63,250 nt of DNA, from positions 43,323,368 to 43,386,617 of the forward strand of contig NC_057742.1 in the NCBI RefSeq assembly GCF_004010195.1, given 5' to 3'. The notes under the pieces were generated by a model. The model ran no database searches. It saw nothing but the letters and a program-made list of their open reading frames with translations, and was not told the DNA's origin. Numbering within the stretch: position 1 is the first letter of the stretch; the number at the start of each line of letters is the position of its first letter. Source of the stretch: Chiloscyllium plagiosum. Taxonomy: Eukaryota. Made by a program: the position numbers and the translations under genes. Shown here one piece after another: positions 37,705-50,743 of the stretch.

Positions 37705-38155
37705 GTGAGCGGTGAGAGTAAAGCACACAGTGGATCCCATGTGTAATTTAGATCCAGTAACATCAATGGCAGGCTTTGATTGGTAATGAACAAACACCGT
37801 TGGTAGCATTAATGATTTGTGTGATAGCAGGATAGCTAAGTAGCTGATTAAGGAAAAGACAGACCAAAGGATATTCTATTCTGATTAGGTCAGATAAGGT
37901 GGGAAGAGGCCTGGTTTGTGACGTAAACATCAGCAATGACAAATGGACATAATTTCCTAGTTGTGGGCTGGAAACATGGAGGCGACTTTCAAATTAAGCT
38001 CTTGACTTTTTTTAATGAATAGAATGTGTACCATTCTGCTTCTTTAAAAAATGAAAGTGAATACATTCCAAATTAAAAATGACATATTTTAATATTTAGT
38101 GAAATTGATTCTGTATTTTTATCGTTGATTGATATTTTTCTCAAATATTCTGCAG

Positions 38156-38537
38156 TGATTAATCCGCTGGAGCTATCAGTGTCTGTCCTCCTGCCACCAA
38201 CAGAAGAAATCTCTGCTCAAAGGTTTCTCTTCCTCACCTGTTTAGTGAGAGGTTTCTCCCCCCGAGAGATCTTCATCAAATGGACAAACAATGACAAGCC
38301 GGTGAATCGCAGTAACTACAAGAACACCAAGGTGATGGCGGAGCGACAACAGCTCCTTCTTCATCTACAGCCTGTTATCCATTACAGCGGAGGAGTGGGC
38401 CAGTGGTGCTTCTTACTCCTGTGTGGTGGGACATGAAGCGATTCCATTGAAGATCATCAACAGAACAGTTGATAAACCCAGCGGTAAACCAAGTTTTGTG
38501 AACATTTCACTTGGACACTGTTAATCCATGTCAATAA
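38156..38537 (+). pseudogene. IgM Cmu4 exon with secretory tailpiece
   Basis: [42 protein letters not shown]..., 2-nt deletion at ~38343, then ...[41 protein letters not shown]. Internal membrane-splice donor G|GTAAAC at 38483/38484. Confidence 0.93.
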
Positions 38538-38573
38538 AAATCTCAAAGTTGAAACTAATAATTAAACAAAAGT

Positions 38574-38579
38574 AATAAA
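38574..38579 (+). terminator. Secretory-form polyadenylation signal AATAAA
   Basis: AATAAA ~37 nt after the tailpiece stop. Another overlaps the stop at 38533-38538. Confidence 0.55.
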
Positions 38580-38889
38580 GTTATTTTTTTCCTCCAATTG
38601 TGAATTAAGTATACGACTGTTTGATTAATTGTGTTTCCCACTTTTACTTATATTCCATCTGTACAGTCCAATTCCTCGGATGCTGCCTTACCTGCTATGC
38701 TTTTCCAGCACCATTCTAATCTAGACTCTGATCTCCAGCAACTGCAGTCCTCACTCTTGCCTTGATTATTGACGGGTCTAGGACTCGTGTCTTGTGCAAG
38801 TAATGTTCCCTTCTCATAACACCCTTGGTCAGAGACAGAGTAAAGCTCACTCATTACAGGATTCTGCAAAGTACCTTATCTGTCTTAAA

Positions 38890-39195
38890 TCTCTCTGGGA
38901 TAACAAGAGGTCATGCTTTCAAAGTGAGAGGTGGAAAGTTTAAGGGGGATACATGTGGCAAGTACTTCACACAGAGGATGGTGGGCGTTTGGAACGCGTT
39001 GCCAGCAGAGGTGGTAGAGGCAGGCACGGTAGATTCATTTAAGATGAGTCTGGACAGATGCATGAGTAGGTGGGGAGCAGAGGGATACAGATGCATAGGA
39101 ATTGACTGACAGGTTTAGACAGTACGTTTGGATTGGCCCAGGCTTGGAGGGCCGAAGGGCCTGTTTCTGGGCTGTAAATTTTCCTTGTTCTTTGT
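38890..39195 (+). mobile_element. CR1 LINE 3' end
   Basis: TRGHAFKVRGGKFKGD...FTQRMVGVWNALP. Confidence 0.8.
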
Positions 39196-40099
39196 TCTGA
39201 GATGAAATCTGACAATGTCCATTTTATGGCAAATGAAGACCACAAATTTTGAACTTGGTTTTCCTGATTCCCTGATTGCCTACTCTTACAAAAACAATGT
39301 CAACTCAAACTGCCACATCGCATCAATTGGGAATATATACTTAAGAGACTTTTACAATTTGTTTTGATTGGGACATACCAATCGCAAAGAATGCAGAAGA
39401 ACTTGAAGTTAACCTTTGTTTCTGGGGAACTGCCAGGAATTTTGCACCAGTGCATTAGTTGACAGAAAATATCTTCACTTTTACACCAAAGAGAATGCAC
39501 AGAAAAGTTGTTGTTGAGCAGATGGAGGAGGAGAGGAGAATAATTAACAGTCTGTACTTTAATCTCTGTGCAGAGTTTTCACAGTAGACATCCTCTGTAA
39601 TGTAACCTAGTTGCTAACAGGAACAGTCAGCTTCTTGCTTACTGTCCGAAGATTTAAAATTTCCATGCAAAATAATACCTTTGAAGCATGCTGAACACGC
39701 TAGGATGTGTTAAGCATTTGTTAACATCGACTCCCCTTAATCCAAAAAACTAATGTTGACACCATCCCAGCTTGTATTCCAGAGTTTTGTCTCAGTTTTC
39801 TGGAGCACATGGGATAAATTCTCGTATTCGAATACCTGACATCATTTTGATTCACGTACAGAACACGAGCAGACATCTTCTAATCAGCATATTAAGAAAT
39901 GGCATTATACATCTCTGGAGCAGTGGGATTTGAACTCAGACCTCTTGTCTCAGAGACAGCAATTCTATCACTGCAACAAAAGAGTCCTTCACAAAGCACT
40001 TACCTCTCCATGGCAATGAGAAATTTTCTCCACACCATCAGGGTGAGATCTAATTGTTGGCAATCCATTAAAATTATAACAACAATAAAAATTACAATT

Positions 40100-41068
40100 T
40101 GGTATGAGAGTAGAAATACACACTGATACAGAGAGATGCTCACAAATACAGACTAAAGACACATATACAGACTCTCATCTGAAGGCACATACTTATGCAT
40201 GCAAACAAATGTGCAAACACACAACCACGTTCAGAGCCACACATGAAAATTTTTATTTGGACATTCATCTAAGCACTTACAAAAATGCATATACACTGAA
40301 AGAAAGGCACATGCACAAATTAACAGGAATATCCACACATAACCATGAAAAAAACATAGACACATGTTAACACAGAAATGGACACGAGTACATATACATT
40401 CATACAGCGTAATGCTTACAGATATGCATGCATAAACACTCCGATATAACATCCGAAAAATGTCCCCCATGTGTAGACTCACAGAGATATATGTGAGCAC
40501 AGAGATAAACATTAATCTCATTATTTTCCCAATTTCATAATAACATATGATGGAAGAGGCCGCTTAATTATTTATTTTTAAAATGCATTGATCAGCACGT
40601 ATACATGGTCACACTACACACAAATTCGGTCTCAGGGCATGAAATAAACAAGGAAAATGGCACAAGTGTCAGCAACCATCCACACACAATAACAGAAAAA
40701 ACACATCAGGAGATGGTTTTGGATAAATTGCCATACAAGCAGACATCATCACATGAATACAAACATCCTTCAAAACATGGTGTTGCATGCTAAACTTTGT
40801 TGAGCATAAGCATGAAAATAACCTAATGTAGGTAGGATCTGAAATAGATACATGAAGACATATTTTAGATGGCACTAATGAAAAGTAAATATTCACAAAA
40901 CATTAAAGATAAGCATAGTCATCAACAAAGTAGCATATTAGCATGACAATGCTTACACATTATGAAATGCATAAAATTTAGGTGCACAAACACGTCAATG
41001 AGCACACCAGCATTAAAGGAACATGAGTATGATAATTCATGCTAAAACTCCAACATGGGCAAGTGTGA
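40100..41068. repeat. Degenerate AC-rich low-complexity tract
   Basis: Strong A/C strand bias with many cacaca/acata units. Confidence 0.55.
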
Positions 41069-41464
41069 AGTAAGAAGCACTCTTAACCACATCCACAAAC
41101 ACTAAAGGAAAAATATTCACCACAAGTGGTAGAAAAAAATAAATTAAGGGACATGTGCACAAAAACTTATTCCTAAAATCCACAGATCCTACAAACAAAA
41201 ACATGAAGCAATGTTCTTACTGTGGATGTAAGTTATGTTCATGATTTGCCAAGTAGTTGGTCACCAATAAGTGAAAATGAAAATCACATTTGAACTCTCA
41301 TCCAGTACACGCTACAATTTTCAACTAAACTGCTGTCACAGCCCATATTTAAAATATAATAACAGAATTAAAATAACTGTTCCAATAAAAAAGTCCTCAA
41401 ATGATAAACAATGATAATATTCTTCAATTTAAAAAAAAAGACAATATAATTCATAATGTTCTGA
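41069..41464 (+). repeat. Left arm of ~390-bp inverted repeat
   Basis: Reverse complement of 43524-43907 with scattered mismatches (e.g. agtaagaagcac... vs ...gtgcctcttact). Confidence 0.93.
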
Positions 41465-41884
41465 GGCACTGAGTTCTTATCAGGCCTTGAATACTTACCC
41501 TCCATTGAGTGTTCTAGGCTGACCAAGATATCAAATTTGGCCAAGGCAAATCTAAATTGATGGATTATTTGAAAAACCTACAATTGTTTGCATAAGGGAT
41601 TCATATTCCATATGTAGTGCCCAGATTAAATAAAATTATAACTATTGGAGAAGGCTTCAGAGAGTCTAGATCAGATAGGTTCCAGAATATGTGAACAGTT
41701 GCTGTGATTAGTTGCTGAATTCTGTCTTGCACCATATAGATCCCAATGGGTGAATATTTCCAGTCCTTCTGATCTCTGCCTTGCCTGATTGACATCGACC
41801 TATGATTTATAGTTTTTGAGGGCTGCTGTTCAGTAATATCCCTGTATCGTATATATCTCAGTCTCATTCCCTGGGATTATGACA

Positions 41885-42750
41885 CAAGGTTGGAGGTACT
41901 TTCGATAGTATCGAGGGCTATTGCAGCACAACATAGACAGGATGCAGAGCTGGGCTGAAAAATGGCAGGTGGAGTTCAACCTGGATAAATGAGAAGTGAT
42001 GCATTTTGGAAAGTCAAAGTCAAATACTGAATATAGGATTAAAAACAGGATTCTTGGCAGTGTGGAGGAACAGAGGGATCTTGGTATGCAAATACATAGT
42101 GAATAGTTTTGTTAAGAAAGCATATGGTGTTTTGGCTTTCATTAACATGGGGATCGAGTTTAAGAGCTGTGAGGTTTTGCTACAGCTCTACAAGTCCTTG
42201 GTGAGACCACACCTGGAATATTGTGCCCAGTTCTGGTCGCCCTACTATAGGAAAGATACAGAGGCTTTAGAGAGCGTGCAAAGAAGGTTTACCAGGATGC
42301 TGCCTGGACTGGAGGGCTTGCATTATAAAGAGACGTTGAATAAGCTCGGACGTTTCTCTCTGAAGAGAAGGAGGAAGAGAGGTGACCTGATCAAGGTGTA
42401 TAAGATAATGAGAGGAATGGATAGAGTCAATAGTCAGAGACTTTTCCCCAGGGCAGGATTGACTAGTACGAGGGGACATAGTTTTAAGATATTAGGAGAA
42501 AGGTATAGAGGGGACGTCAGAGGAAGTTCTTTTACTCAGAGAGTTGTGAATGCATAGAATGCATTGCCAGCGGTGGTGGTGGAAGCAGAGTCATTAGGGA
42601 CACTTAAGCGACTGCCGGACATGCACATGGATAGCAGTGAGTTGAGGGATGCCTAGGTTGTTATTTTATTTTACATTAGGATTAATCCTCGGCACAACAT
42701 TGTGGGCCAAAAGGCCTGTTCTGTGCTGTACTTTTCTATGTTCTATGATT
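41885..42750 (+). mobile_element. Young CR1 LINE 3' fragment inside the inverted segment
   Basis: LYKSLVRPHLEYCAQFWSPYYRKD...TRGHSFK. Closely similar to 59850-60730. Confidence 0.9.
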
Positions 42751-43061
42751 TGACAAGGTGTGGTGTGTCAAATAGATCCCAAGATTTGTGCTCCTTGACA
42801 CTTAAGTGTGATAAAAACTCCAGTTCAGCGAATCCATCCTTGGTTTGTGTCACGTGTTGTGTCTGCATATTTGTCTGAACACTGACATTTTTGGCTGATG
42901 AATGTTTAGTTGGGCATTTCAGCTGGCGATTTATGTACTACTAACCCAGGCTATCCCAACATTTGGAGTACTTTTAGTTTAAATAGAGTAGAGCAAGCTT
43001 TCAAACTCCATTGCCTGTCTTTTTTAGACTTCTAGTGGAACAAAGCTTGCGGTTTTTATCA

Positions 43062-43070
43062 TTACTTGAT
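43062..43070 (-). pseudogene. Candidate TM2 mini-exon (IK-stop)
   Basis: Minus strand cctcag|ATC AAG TAA, 119 nt downstream of the TM1 donor. The polypyrimidine tract is weak. Confidence 0.35.
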
Positions 43071-43189
43071 CTGAGGTCATGACCCTTTGTGCATAAGAGG
43101 AAATGCTCTCTTATCATTCTGCCTCTGGAGTGTTCCCATAAGACATACCAAGAGAAAGATGCATTTACATTAGTGGGCCACACTCTCAC

Positions 43190-43307
43190 CCAGAGTGGTG
43201 GCAGCACTGCAGATAATACTCAGGCAGAATAGAATGATTAATGTGGAAGCAGTTGTCCAGATGTTGCCATTTTCATTTTTATAGTCTTCAAGTGTGACCT
43301 ATTGAAT
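43190..43307 (-). pseudogene. IgM transmembrane exon TM1, inverted relative to the cluster
   Basis: Minus strand: ttcgtag|AT TCA ATA GGT CAC ACT T.. GAA GAC TAT AAA AAT GAA AAT GGC AAC ATC TGG ACA ACT GCT TCC ACA TTA ATC ATT CTA TTC TGC CTG AGT ATT ATC TGC AGT GCT GCC ACC ACT CTG G|gtgaga = (D)SIGHT/EDYKNENGNIWTTASTLIILFCLSIICSAATTL. This is the conserved Ig membrane motif, with small deletions. Confidence 0.9.
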
Positions 43308-43523
43308 CTACGAATATAAAACCGAGAGAACGTAGTTAGATTGTTTATTGATCCAGTCTAATCTATCGGCATCAAAATAATGTAAGCAGAGACCATTAGA
43401 TCTTCTTTTAGCAGTCAGGTGTTTCTCAAATGTGACTCTCTATCTGTCTCTATCCTTGCATTATTGAATCTGAGCAAGAACTTGCTAACACTAACTGCAC
43501 ATATTCTTTCTTTATTATCCATG

Positions 43524-43907
43524 TCAGAACATTATGAATTAAAAAAAAATGAAGAATATTATCATTGTTTATCATTTGAGGACTTTTTTATTGGAACGGT
43601 CATTTTAATTCTGTTATTATATTTTAAATATGGGCTGTGATAGCAGTTTAGTTGAAAATTGTAACATATACTGGATGAGAGTTCAAATGTAATTTTCATT
43701 TTCACTTATTGGTGACCAACTACTTGGCAAATCATGAACATATATTACATCCACACTAAGAACATTGCTTCATGTTTTTGTTTGTAGGATCTGTGGACTT
43801 TAGGAATAAGTTTTTGTGCACGTGTCCCTTAATGTATTTTTTTCTACCACTTGGGGTGAATATTTTTCCTTTAGTGTTTGTGGATGTGGTTAGGAGTGCC
43901 TCTTACT
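43524..43907 (-). repeat. Right arm of ~390-bp inverted repeat
   Basis: Reverse complement of 41069-41464. Confidence 0.93.
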
Positions 43908-44229
43908 GGATGTATTTTCAATTTGATACCAGGTGCACCGAAAACTTGGAGAAATAAACTGCAACAAACAAGAAATGGGTAAAAATCATTGTGCTACGAA
44001 TAATCTATCAGTAAGATTCGTGTAAAAATTAATTTCCTGTTTTGTCCTTGCAGTTCACAGAGCTGATTAATTAGTGCTGTGTCTTTGATAATTTTCAGCT
44101 ATCCGTCATTCTACATTTAGTTATTGTAGCTACCATATGGATTACTGCATCTCCCTATGTACCTAAACAAAAATTCTAAATAAAATAAAGTAGAACTGCA
44201 AATTAAATACTCTCTCTAATTATTAAACA

Positions 44230-45075
44230 TTTAACAAATCAATGACATCAAATTAGAAAGGGAATGTGCACAACAGTCGACTCTGAGGACTGCAAGAAGT
44301 TACAAAATGGCATTAATAAATTTACAGGATGGTCAAATAATTGACAAATGAAGTTAAACACAGATAAATGTAAGGTGATGCAGGATACTATTGAAAGGTG
44401 CACGTCTAAGTGCGGGAAACAAACAAAGGGATCTCATAAAATTACATCAGTCACTAAAAAAAACACAAAAGGTTACGAAGGCCATAAAAATGCAAACTAA
44501 GCCCTCAGCTTTATCTCTAAATGGACTGATTTAAAAGTAGGGATGTCTTGCAAAGTCCCTATAAAAATTTGATTAGACTATAATTAAGAGCATTACGTGC
44601 AGTTCCAGTTGCCATGTTACAGAATGGATACAGACGTACTACAGAGGGTGAAGAGAATATTTATCATGTTGATACACAAATTTATGGATGTTTATATCAA
44701 GAAAGAATTGTTGTTGTTCACTTCTGTCTTGAAACGAAAAGAAGCCTTATGGCTCTAAAATTAGAGCGGGTACAAAAAAAATTCCTCTGTGGGGTAGAGC
44801 ACAACTAGTGTTTGTCAATGAAAAAAAACAAGAAATACAAAAGAGAATTCAGAAGAAACCTCTTCACTGAGAGAATGACGAGAACAGGGAATATGTGACA
44901 TAAATAGTTTAGATGTATTTCAAAGAAACTCGGCGAGCACATGGAAGGGATGGGAATAGAGAATTGCAAAGGGCAATTTAGATGAGGGAAGATGCAAATC
45001 AGCTCCAGGGGAACATAAGCATTGGCTTGGACTGGTTGTACCAAATGGTCTGTTTCTGTTCTATGTGTCCTCTGT
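44230..45075 (+). mobile_element. Old CR1 LINE fragment
   Basis: Decayed RT 3' motifs. Confidence 0.6.
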
Positions 45076-46594
45076 AATCCTCTGTTGAAAATCACTATAG
45101 TATGAAACAAATAAAGTATTTTTAACATCTAGAGGATTATAAAGTTGTTCATAAAATTAAACTCAAGTGTAGAGCACTGAATGTAAATGATTTTAGCAAA
45201 TGGTCACTCTTCAATATGGTATGGGAAAGTATAGTTTGTTTGGTTAGATTTTATTTTTGTTGATACATTTTCCCTTTGATCTGCCACATACAGTAGTTGG
45301 CAGAGATTAAGCTGATTGCTGAAATGGTCCTCGAGTTCCCAGCTTCATTTACTGGAAGCATCTGGTGTTTCTGCAGTAGATCAAAAATATTTTGTCTCAC
45401 TGTTGACCATTATCTGGAAAACCAGCTGCAAACTATAACCACTACCTGTGCGTAAAGAAATCTACTCAGCAACAATGCTGGAGAAAATTTTATTTTTCAG
45501 TTGTGTAACTTGGAGAACAATCCCTCCTCTCATTCATGGAAATATTTGCAGAGTCTCAGACATGATCTAAGCATCAACAGTTCACTGGAGGATCATTACA
45601 GCACTGTATAATATTAAGAAAAATTGATAAATCATCATTGTCATGGAGTGACACAGCATGGAAACAGACCCTTTGGTCCAACAGTCTCTGCCAGCCAAAA
45701 ACCCAAACTAAACTAATCCCACCTGTGTGCTCTTGGCCCATATCCTTCCAAACATGTATATTCATGTACTTATCCAAATAACTTTTAGAAGTTGTAGCAG
45801 TACCCATATCCAACTCATTCCACACACAAACTATTCTCTGTCTAAAAAGTTGCCCCTAATATCTTTTCCAATTTTTTTCTCCTCTCACTTTCACCCCTCA
45901 AACTGTTACGCTCCAGTGAAAAAAGTTCCAGTCGATCTGGATTTACAAAAGGTGACTCTGTTCCCTCACATTCTCCTGTGTTGTTAAACTAAAGATCTTT
46001 CCGCCACCCCAGGTCCACACAGAGCATCCCTTGATACTATTTCAAAGAATTGAAAGGAAGTTATCCCAGCCATATTGTTCAATTTTATTTTGTTTCAAAC
46101 ATCACCATAAAAATAGATGTAGATATCATTGCTGATTTATGGGAGAATGCTGTGTCACCAGTATCTACTGAAATACCTACATTAATCTCCTGGATATGCT
46201 TTGCGGGTGGACCTCTAGCTCACAAATGCAATTAGACATCAGGGAACAGGGAACAGGGAACACCCGCCCGGCTCACCTTGTACATTGCTCTTTGTGAAAA
46301 CCATGTTGTCAATAATCTGTCAAAAGATGTTTTTTTTCTAACTTTCGTAATTCCTGTTACTGATGTTGTCTGAATGAAGGGATGTTTCTGTTGGCATTTC
46401 TGGGAAACATGTGTGCATTAATTTTCATGTCGGTTTACTTTGATATTAAGTCAAGGATAGTTACAATGACTCGAGAAACAAAGTATAGAAACTGGCCATT
46501 AAGCTCCTTAGGCTGCACCAACTGATGCCGTTATCACACTCTGGCTCTGTTTTCAAGTGGCACAGGTCCCATGGGTGAAGTGATCTCTCTCTGT

Positions 46595-49535
46595 CATAGA
46601 GTCATAGAGATGTACAGCATGGAAACAGACTTTTCGCTCCAACCCATCCATGCAAACCAGATATCCCAACCCAATCTATTCCCAACTGCCAGCACCCAGC
46701 TCATATGTCTCCAACCCTTCCTATTCATGAAACCATCCAAATGCCTTTTTAAATGTTGCAATTGTACCAACCTCCACGACTTCCTCTGGCAGCTCATTCC
46801 ATACATGTACCACCCTCTGCTCCTTAGGTCTCTTTTATATCTTTCCCCTCTCACCCTAAATCTATGCCCTCGAGTTCTGGACTCCCCCAGCCTAGGGAAA
46901 AGACTTTGTTTATTTATCCTATCAATGCCCCTCATGATTTTGTAACCATCTATAAGGTAACCCCTCAGCTGCCGACACTCCAGGGAAAACAGCCCCAGCC
47001 TGTTCAGCCTCTCCCTATAGCTCAAATCCTCCAACCCTGGCAACATCCTTGTAAATTTCTTCTGAACCCTTTCAAGTTTCACAACACCTTTTCGATAGGA
47101 AGGAGACCAGAATTGCATGCAATGTTTCAACAGTGGCCTAACCAATGTCCTGTACAGCTGCAACACGACCTCCCAACTCCTGTACTCAATACTCTGACCA
47201 ATAACTGAAAGTGCACCAAATGTCTTCTTCACTATCCTATCTACCCTCGACTCCACTTTCAAGGAGCTATGAACCTGCACTCCAAGGTCTCTTTTTTCAG
47301 CAACACTCCCTAGGACCTTACCATTAAGTGTGTAAGTCCTCCTCTGATTTGCTTTCCCAAAATGCAGCACCTCGCATTTATCTGAATTGAACTCCATCTG
47401 CCACTTCTCAGCCCATTGGCCTATCTGATCAAGATCCGGTTGTAATCTGAGGTAACCTTCTTCACTGTCCACTACACTTTCAATTTTGGTGTCTTCTGAA
47501 AAGTTACTAACTATACCTCTTATGCTTGCATCCAAATCATGTATATAAATGTCAAAAAGTAGACGACCCAGAACCGATCCTTGTGTCAATCCACTGGTCA
47601 CAGGCCTCCAGTCTGTAAAACAATCCTCCACCACCACCCTCTATCTTCCACCGTTGAGCCAGTTCTGTATCCAAATGGCTAGTTCTCCCTGTATTCCGTG
47701 AGATTTAACCTTGCTAATCAGTCTCCCATGGGGAACCTTGTTGAACGCCTTACTGAAGTCTATATAGATCACATCTACCATTCTGCCCTTATCAAATCCT
47801 CTTTGTTACTTCTTCAAACGCCTCAATCAAGTTTGTGAGACAGGATTTCCCACATACAAAGCTATGTTGACTATCCCTAATCAGTCCTTGCCTTTCCAAA
47901 TATATGTACATCCCGTCTCTCAGGATTCCCTCCAACAACTTGCCCACCACTGATGTCAGTCTCACTGGTTTATAGTTCCCTGGCTTGTCCTTACCACCCT
48001 TCTTAAACAATGGCACCATGTTAGCCAACCTCCAGTCTTCCGGCAGCTCACCTGTGACAATCGATGATACAAATATCGAAGCAAGAGGCCCAGCAATCAC
48101 TTTCCTAGCTTCCCACGGAATTCTAGAGTATCAGGTCCTGATCAGGTCCTGGGGATTTATCCACCTGCTTGCATTTCAAGACATCCATAACTTTTTCCTC
48201 TATAATATGGACATTTTTCAAGATGTCACCATCTATTTCCCTACATTCTATATCTTCCATGTCCTCTTCCACAGTAAACGCTGATGCAAAATACACGTTT
48301 AGTTTCTCCCTCATCTCCTGCGGCTCCACACAAAGGCTACCTTGCTGATCTTTGAAGGGCCCTATTCTCTCCCTAGTTATCCATTTGTACTTAATGTATT
48401 TGTAAAAATCCTTTGGATTGTCCTTAATTCTATTTTCCAAAGCTATCTCATACCTCATGTCCCCTTTTTGCCCTCCTGATTTCCCTGTTAAATATACTCT
48501 TACTGCCTTTATTCTCTTCTAAGGATTCACTCGATCTATCCTGTCTATACCTGACCAATGCTTCTTTCTTTTTCTTAACCAAGCCCTCAATTTCTTTAGT
48601 CATCCAGCATTCCCTATACCTACCTGCCTTCTCTTTCACCCTAACAGGAATATACTTTCTCTGGATTCTCCTTATCTCATTACTGAAGGCTTTCCATTTT
48701 CCAGCCGTCCCTTAACCTGCGAAAATCTGCTCCAATCAGCTTTTGAAAGTTCTTGCCCAATACTGCCAAAATTGGCCTTTCTCCAATTTAGAACTTCAAC
48801 TTTTAGATCTGGTCTATCTTTTTACATCACTATTTTAAATCTAATAGTCGGTGAGGTCGCTGACCCCAAAGCACTCCCCTGCTGACACCTCAGTCACCTG
48901 CCCTGCCTTATTTCTCAAAAGTAGGTCAAGTTTTGCACCTTTTCTAGTAGGTACATCCACGTACTGAATCAGAAAATTGCCTTGTACACACTTAACAAAT
49001 TCTTCTCCATCTAAACCCTTAACACTATAGCAGTCCCAGTCTATGTTTCGAAAGTTAAAATCCCCGACCATAACCACCCTATTATTGTTACAGATAGCTG
49101 AGATCTCCTTACACATTTGTTCCTCAATTTCCCTCTGACTATTAGGGGGCTATAGTACAATCCCAATAAGGTGATCATCCCTTTCTTATTTCTCAGTTCC
49201 ACCCAAATAACTTCCCTGGATGTAATTCCGGGAATACCCTCCCTCAATACAGCTTTAATGCTATCCCTTATCAAAAACGTCACTCCCCCTCCTCTCTTGT
49301 CTCCTTTTCTATCCTTCCTGTAGCATTTCTATCCTGGAACATTAAGCTGCCAATCCTGTCCATTCCTGAGCCATGTTTCTGTAATTGCTATGATATCCCA
49401 GTCCCATGTTCCTAATCATGCCCAGAGTTCATCTGCCTTCCCTATTAGGCCTCCTGCATTTAAATAAATGCAGTTTAATTTAACAGTCCTACCTTGTTCT
49501 CTGCTTTGTCCTTACCTGCCCTGACTGTTTGACTG
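46595..49535 (-). mobile_element. Near-complete CR1 ORF2 (APE endonuclease plus RT), frameshifted
   Basis: VMVGDFNF (EN), KPGNYKPVRLTSVVGKLLE, QGSVLG..LF, NFSEDTKI, LYRTLVRPLL across several ORFs. Confidence 0.93.
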
Positions 49536-50324
49536 TTTCACTGTCATGAAAACTTTCTAATACTCTAAATCCATCTTTCCTACTTTCTCTAATTCAGAGG
49601 CCTTGATTCACATGATTTATACCGGAAATGTTCCAAGGTTTCATTTCAACGATATCACAGATCAATAAACTCCACCCAACACTCTGTCTAGTGATATGAA
49701 AATTAATAGTCTGATTGATGGTCCCAAACAATACCTGAGACAACATCCCTTTACTCAACTAAAGTCAGCAACATAAATTAACAAGGTCCACACCGTACTT
49801 GTAAACAGATCACCAACTTCATCTGCAGTTAGATGCAACTTAAAATTCAGAACATTGCACAGAAGACAGATGAGCCTTCATAACATTGGAAATGATTTTT
49901 TTGGATAAAATAATCCATCATAGATTTGCTCAGAGTAACTTGTGTGAACCAACTTGTTGGATTTTTTTGTGTGAGGTAACACACGAAATGTTAATTTATC
50001 TGAATTGATGTGAACCATTTGCACTTCAAAAGTTATTTGAAAACGTCCTTCACAACAGGTATGCGAGCACATTTTAGAAATCATTGATCAAAGGGGACAG
50101 TTGCTTTCAGTCCAAAGAAAGATCTATAGTGATATTTTATAAATGTTTGGATCTGTGATTGCTTTTATTTATATTTTTGACTAAGATGTTGGCGTACAGT
50201 GCACAACTTCGCAATTTGCTATAACATGAAACTAGTAAACATTGTGAATCAGGAAGACGATAATTCAGGATTTAATAAGTATCTAGCAAGATTCATGGAA
50301 TGGGTTGACGAGTAATACATGAAA

Positions 50325-50585
50325 TTTAGACAGTGTGGAAACAGGCCTTTCAGCCCAACCAGCCCATATCGACCCATTTCCCTCTGAATGATGCACCTAA
50401 CACTAAGAACAATTTTAGCATGGCCAATTCACCTGACCTGCTCATCTTTGTGACTGTGGGAGGAAACCCACGCAGACACGGGGAGAAGGTGTAAACTCCA
50501 CACAGACAGTCGCCTGAGGTTGGAATAGAACTGGGACCCTGGTGCTGTGAGGCAGAACTGCTAACCACTGAGCCACTGTGCTGCC
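50325..50585 (-). mobile_element. HE1-like SINE
   Basis: Family head and tail present, with internal deletions. Confidence 0.8.
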
Positions 50586-50677
50586 CCCAAAACACCCCTT
50601 CCAAAGTGTTCCCTGTGCAGAATGGGAAATGGAAGATCCTTGAAAAACTTCTCAAGTGTAGGGAAGGTGCTTGTATA

Positions 50678-50743
50678 AAGGGGCACCCAGATTTGAGACC
50701 TCTTGATCGGCAGTCAAATGCTCTGCCACTGAGCTATACCCCA
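50678..50743 (-). tRNA. tRNA-Cys-derived pseudogene
   Basis: Minus strand GGGGTATAGCTCAGTGGCAGAGCATTTGACTGCCGATCAAGAGGTC------TCAAATCTGGGTGCCCCT. Vertebrate tRNA-Cys body with anticodon GCA>GCC and a 6-nt deletion of the 5' T-stem. Confidence 0.85.

Larger units (their letters stand above)
20700..38537 (+). pseudogene. IGHM: Shark-type IgM heavy-chain cluster (L-VH-D-JH-Cmu1-Cmu3-Cmu4/secretory), pseudogene
   Basis: Ordered segments with RSSs and splice sites. Translations match elasmobranch IgM motifs ([61 protein letters not shown]). V, J and all three C exons carry stops or frameshifts. Confidence 0.95.

Noticed and set aside
20700-38537. IgW or IgNAR assignment
   Set aside because: V, Cmu1, Cmu3, Cmu4, tailpiece and TM motifs all match IgM.
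41069-43907. DNA transposon with long terminal inverted repeats
   Set aside because: No transposase or TSD is seen. The arms are continuous with local intron sequence and the interior holds a host exon.
44130-44165. Plus-strand IWITASP resembling the Ig TM motif
   Set aside because: No acidic spacer or hydrophobic helix follows. The real TM1 is at 43190-43307 on the minus strand.
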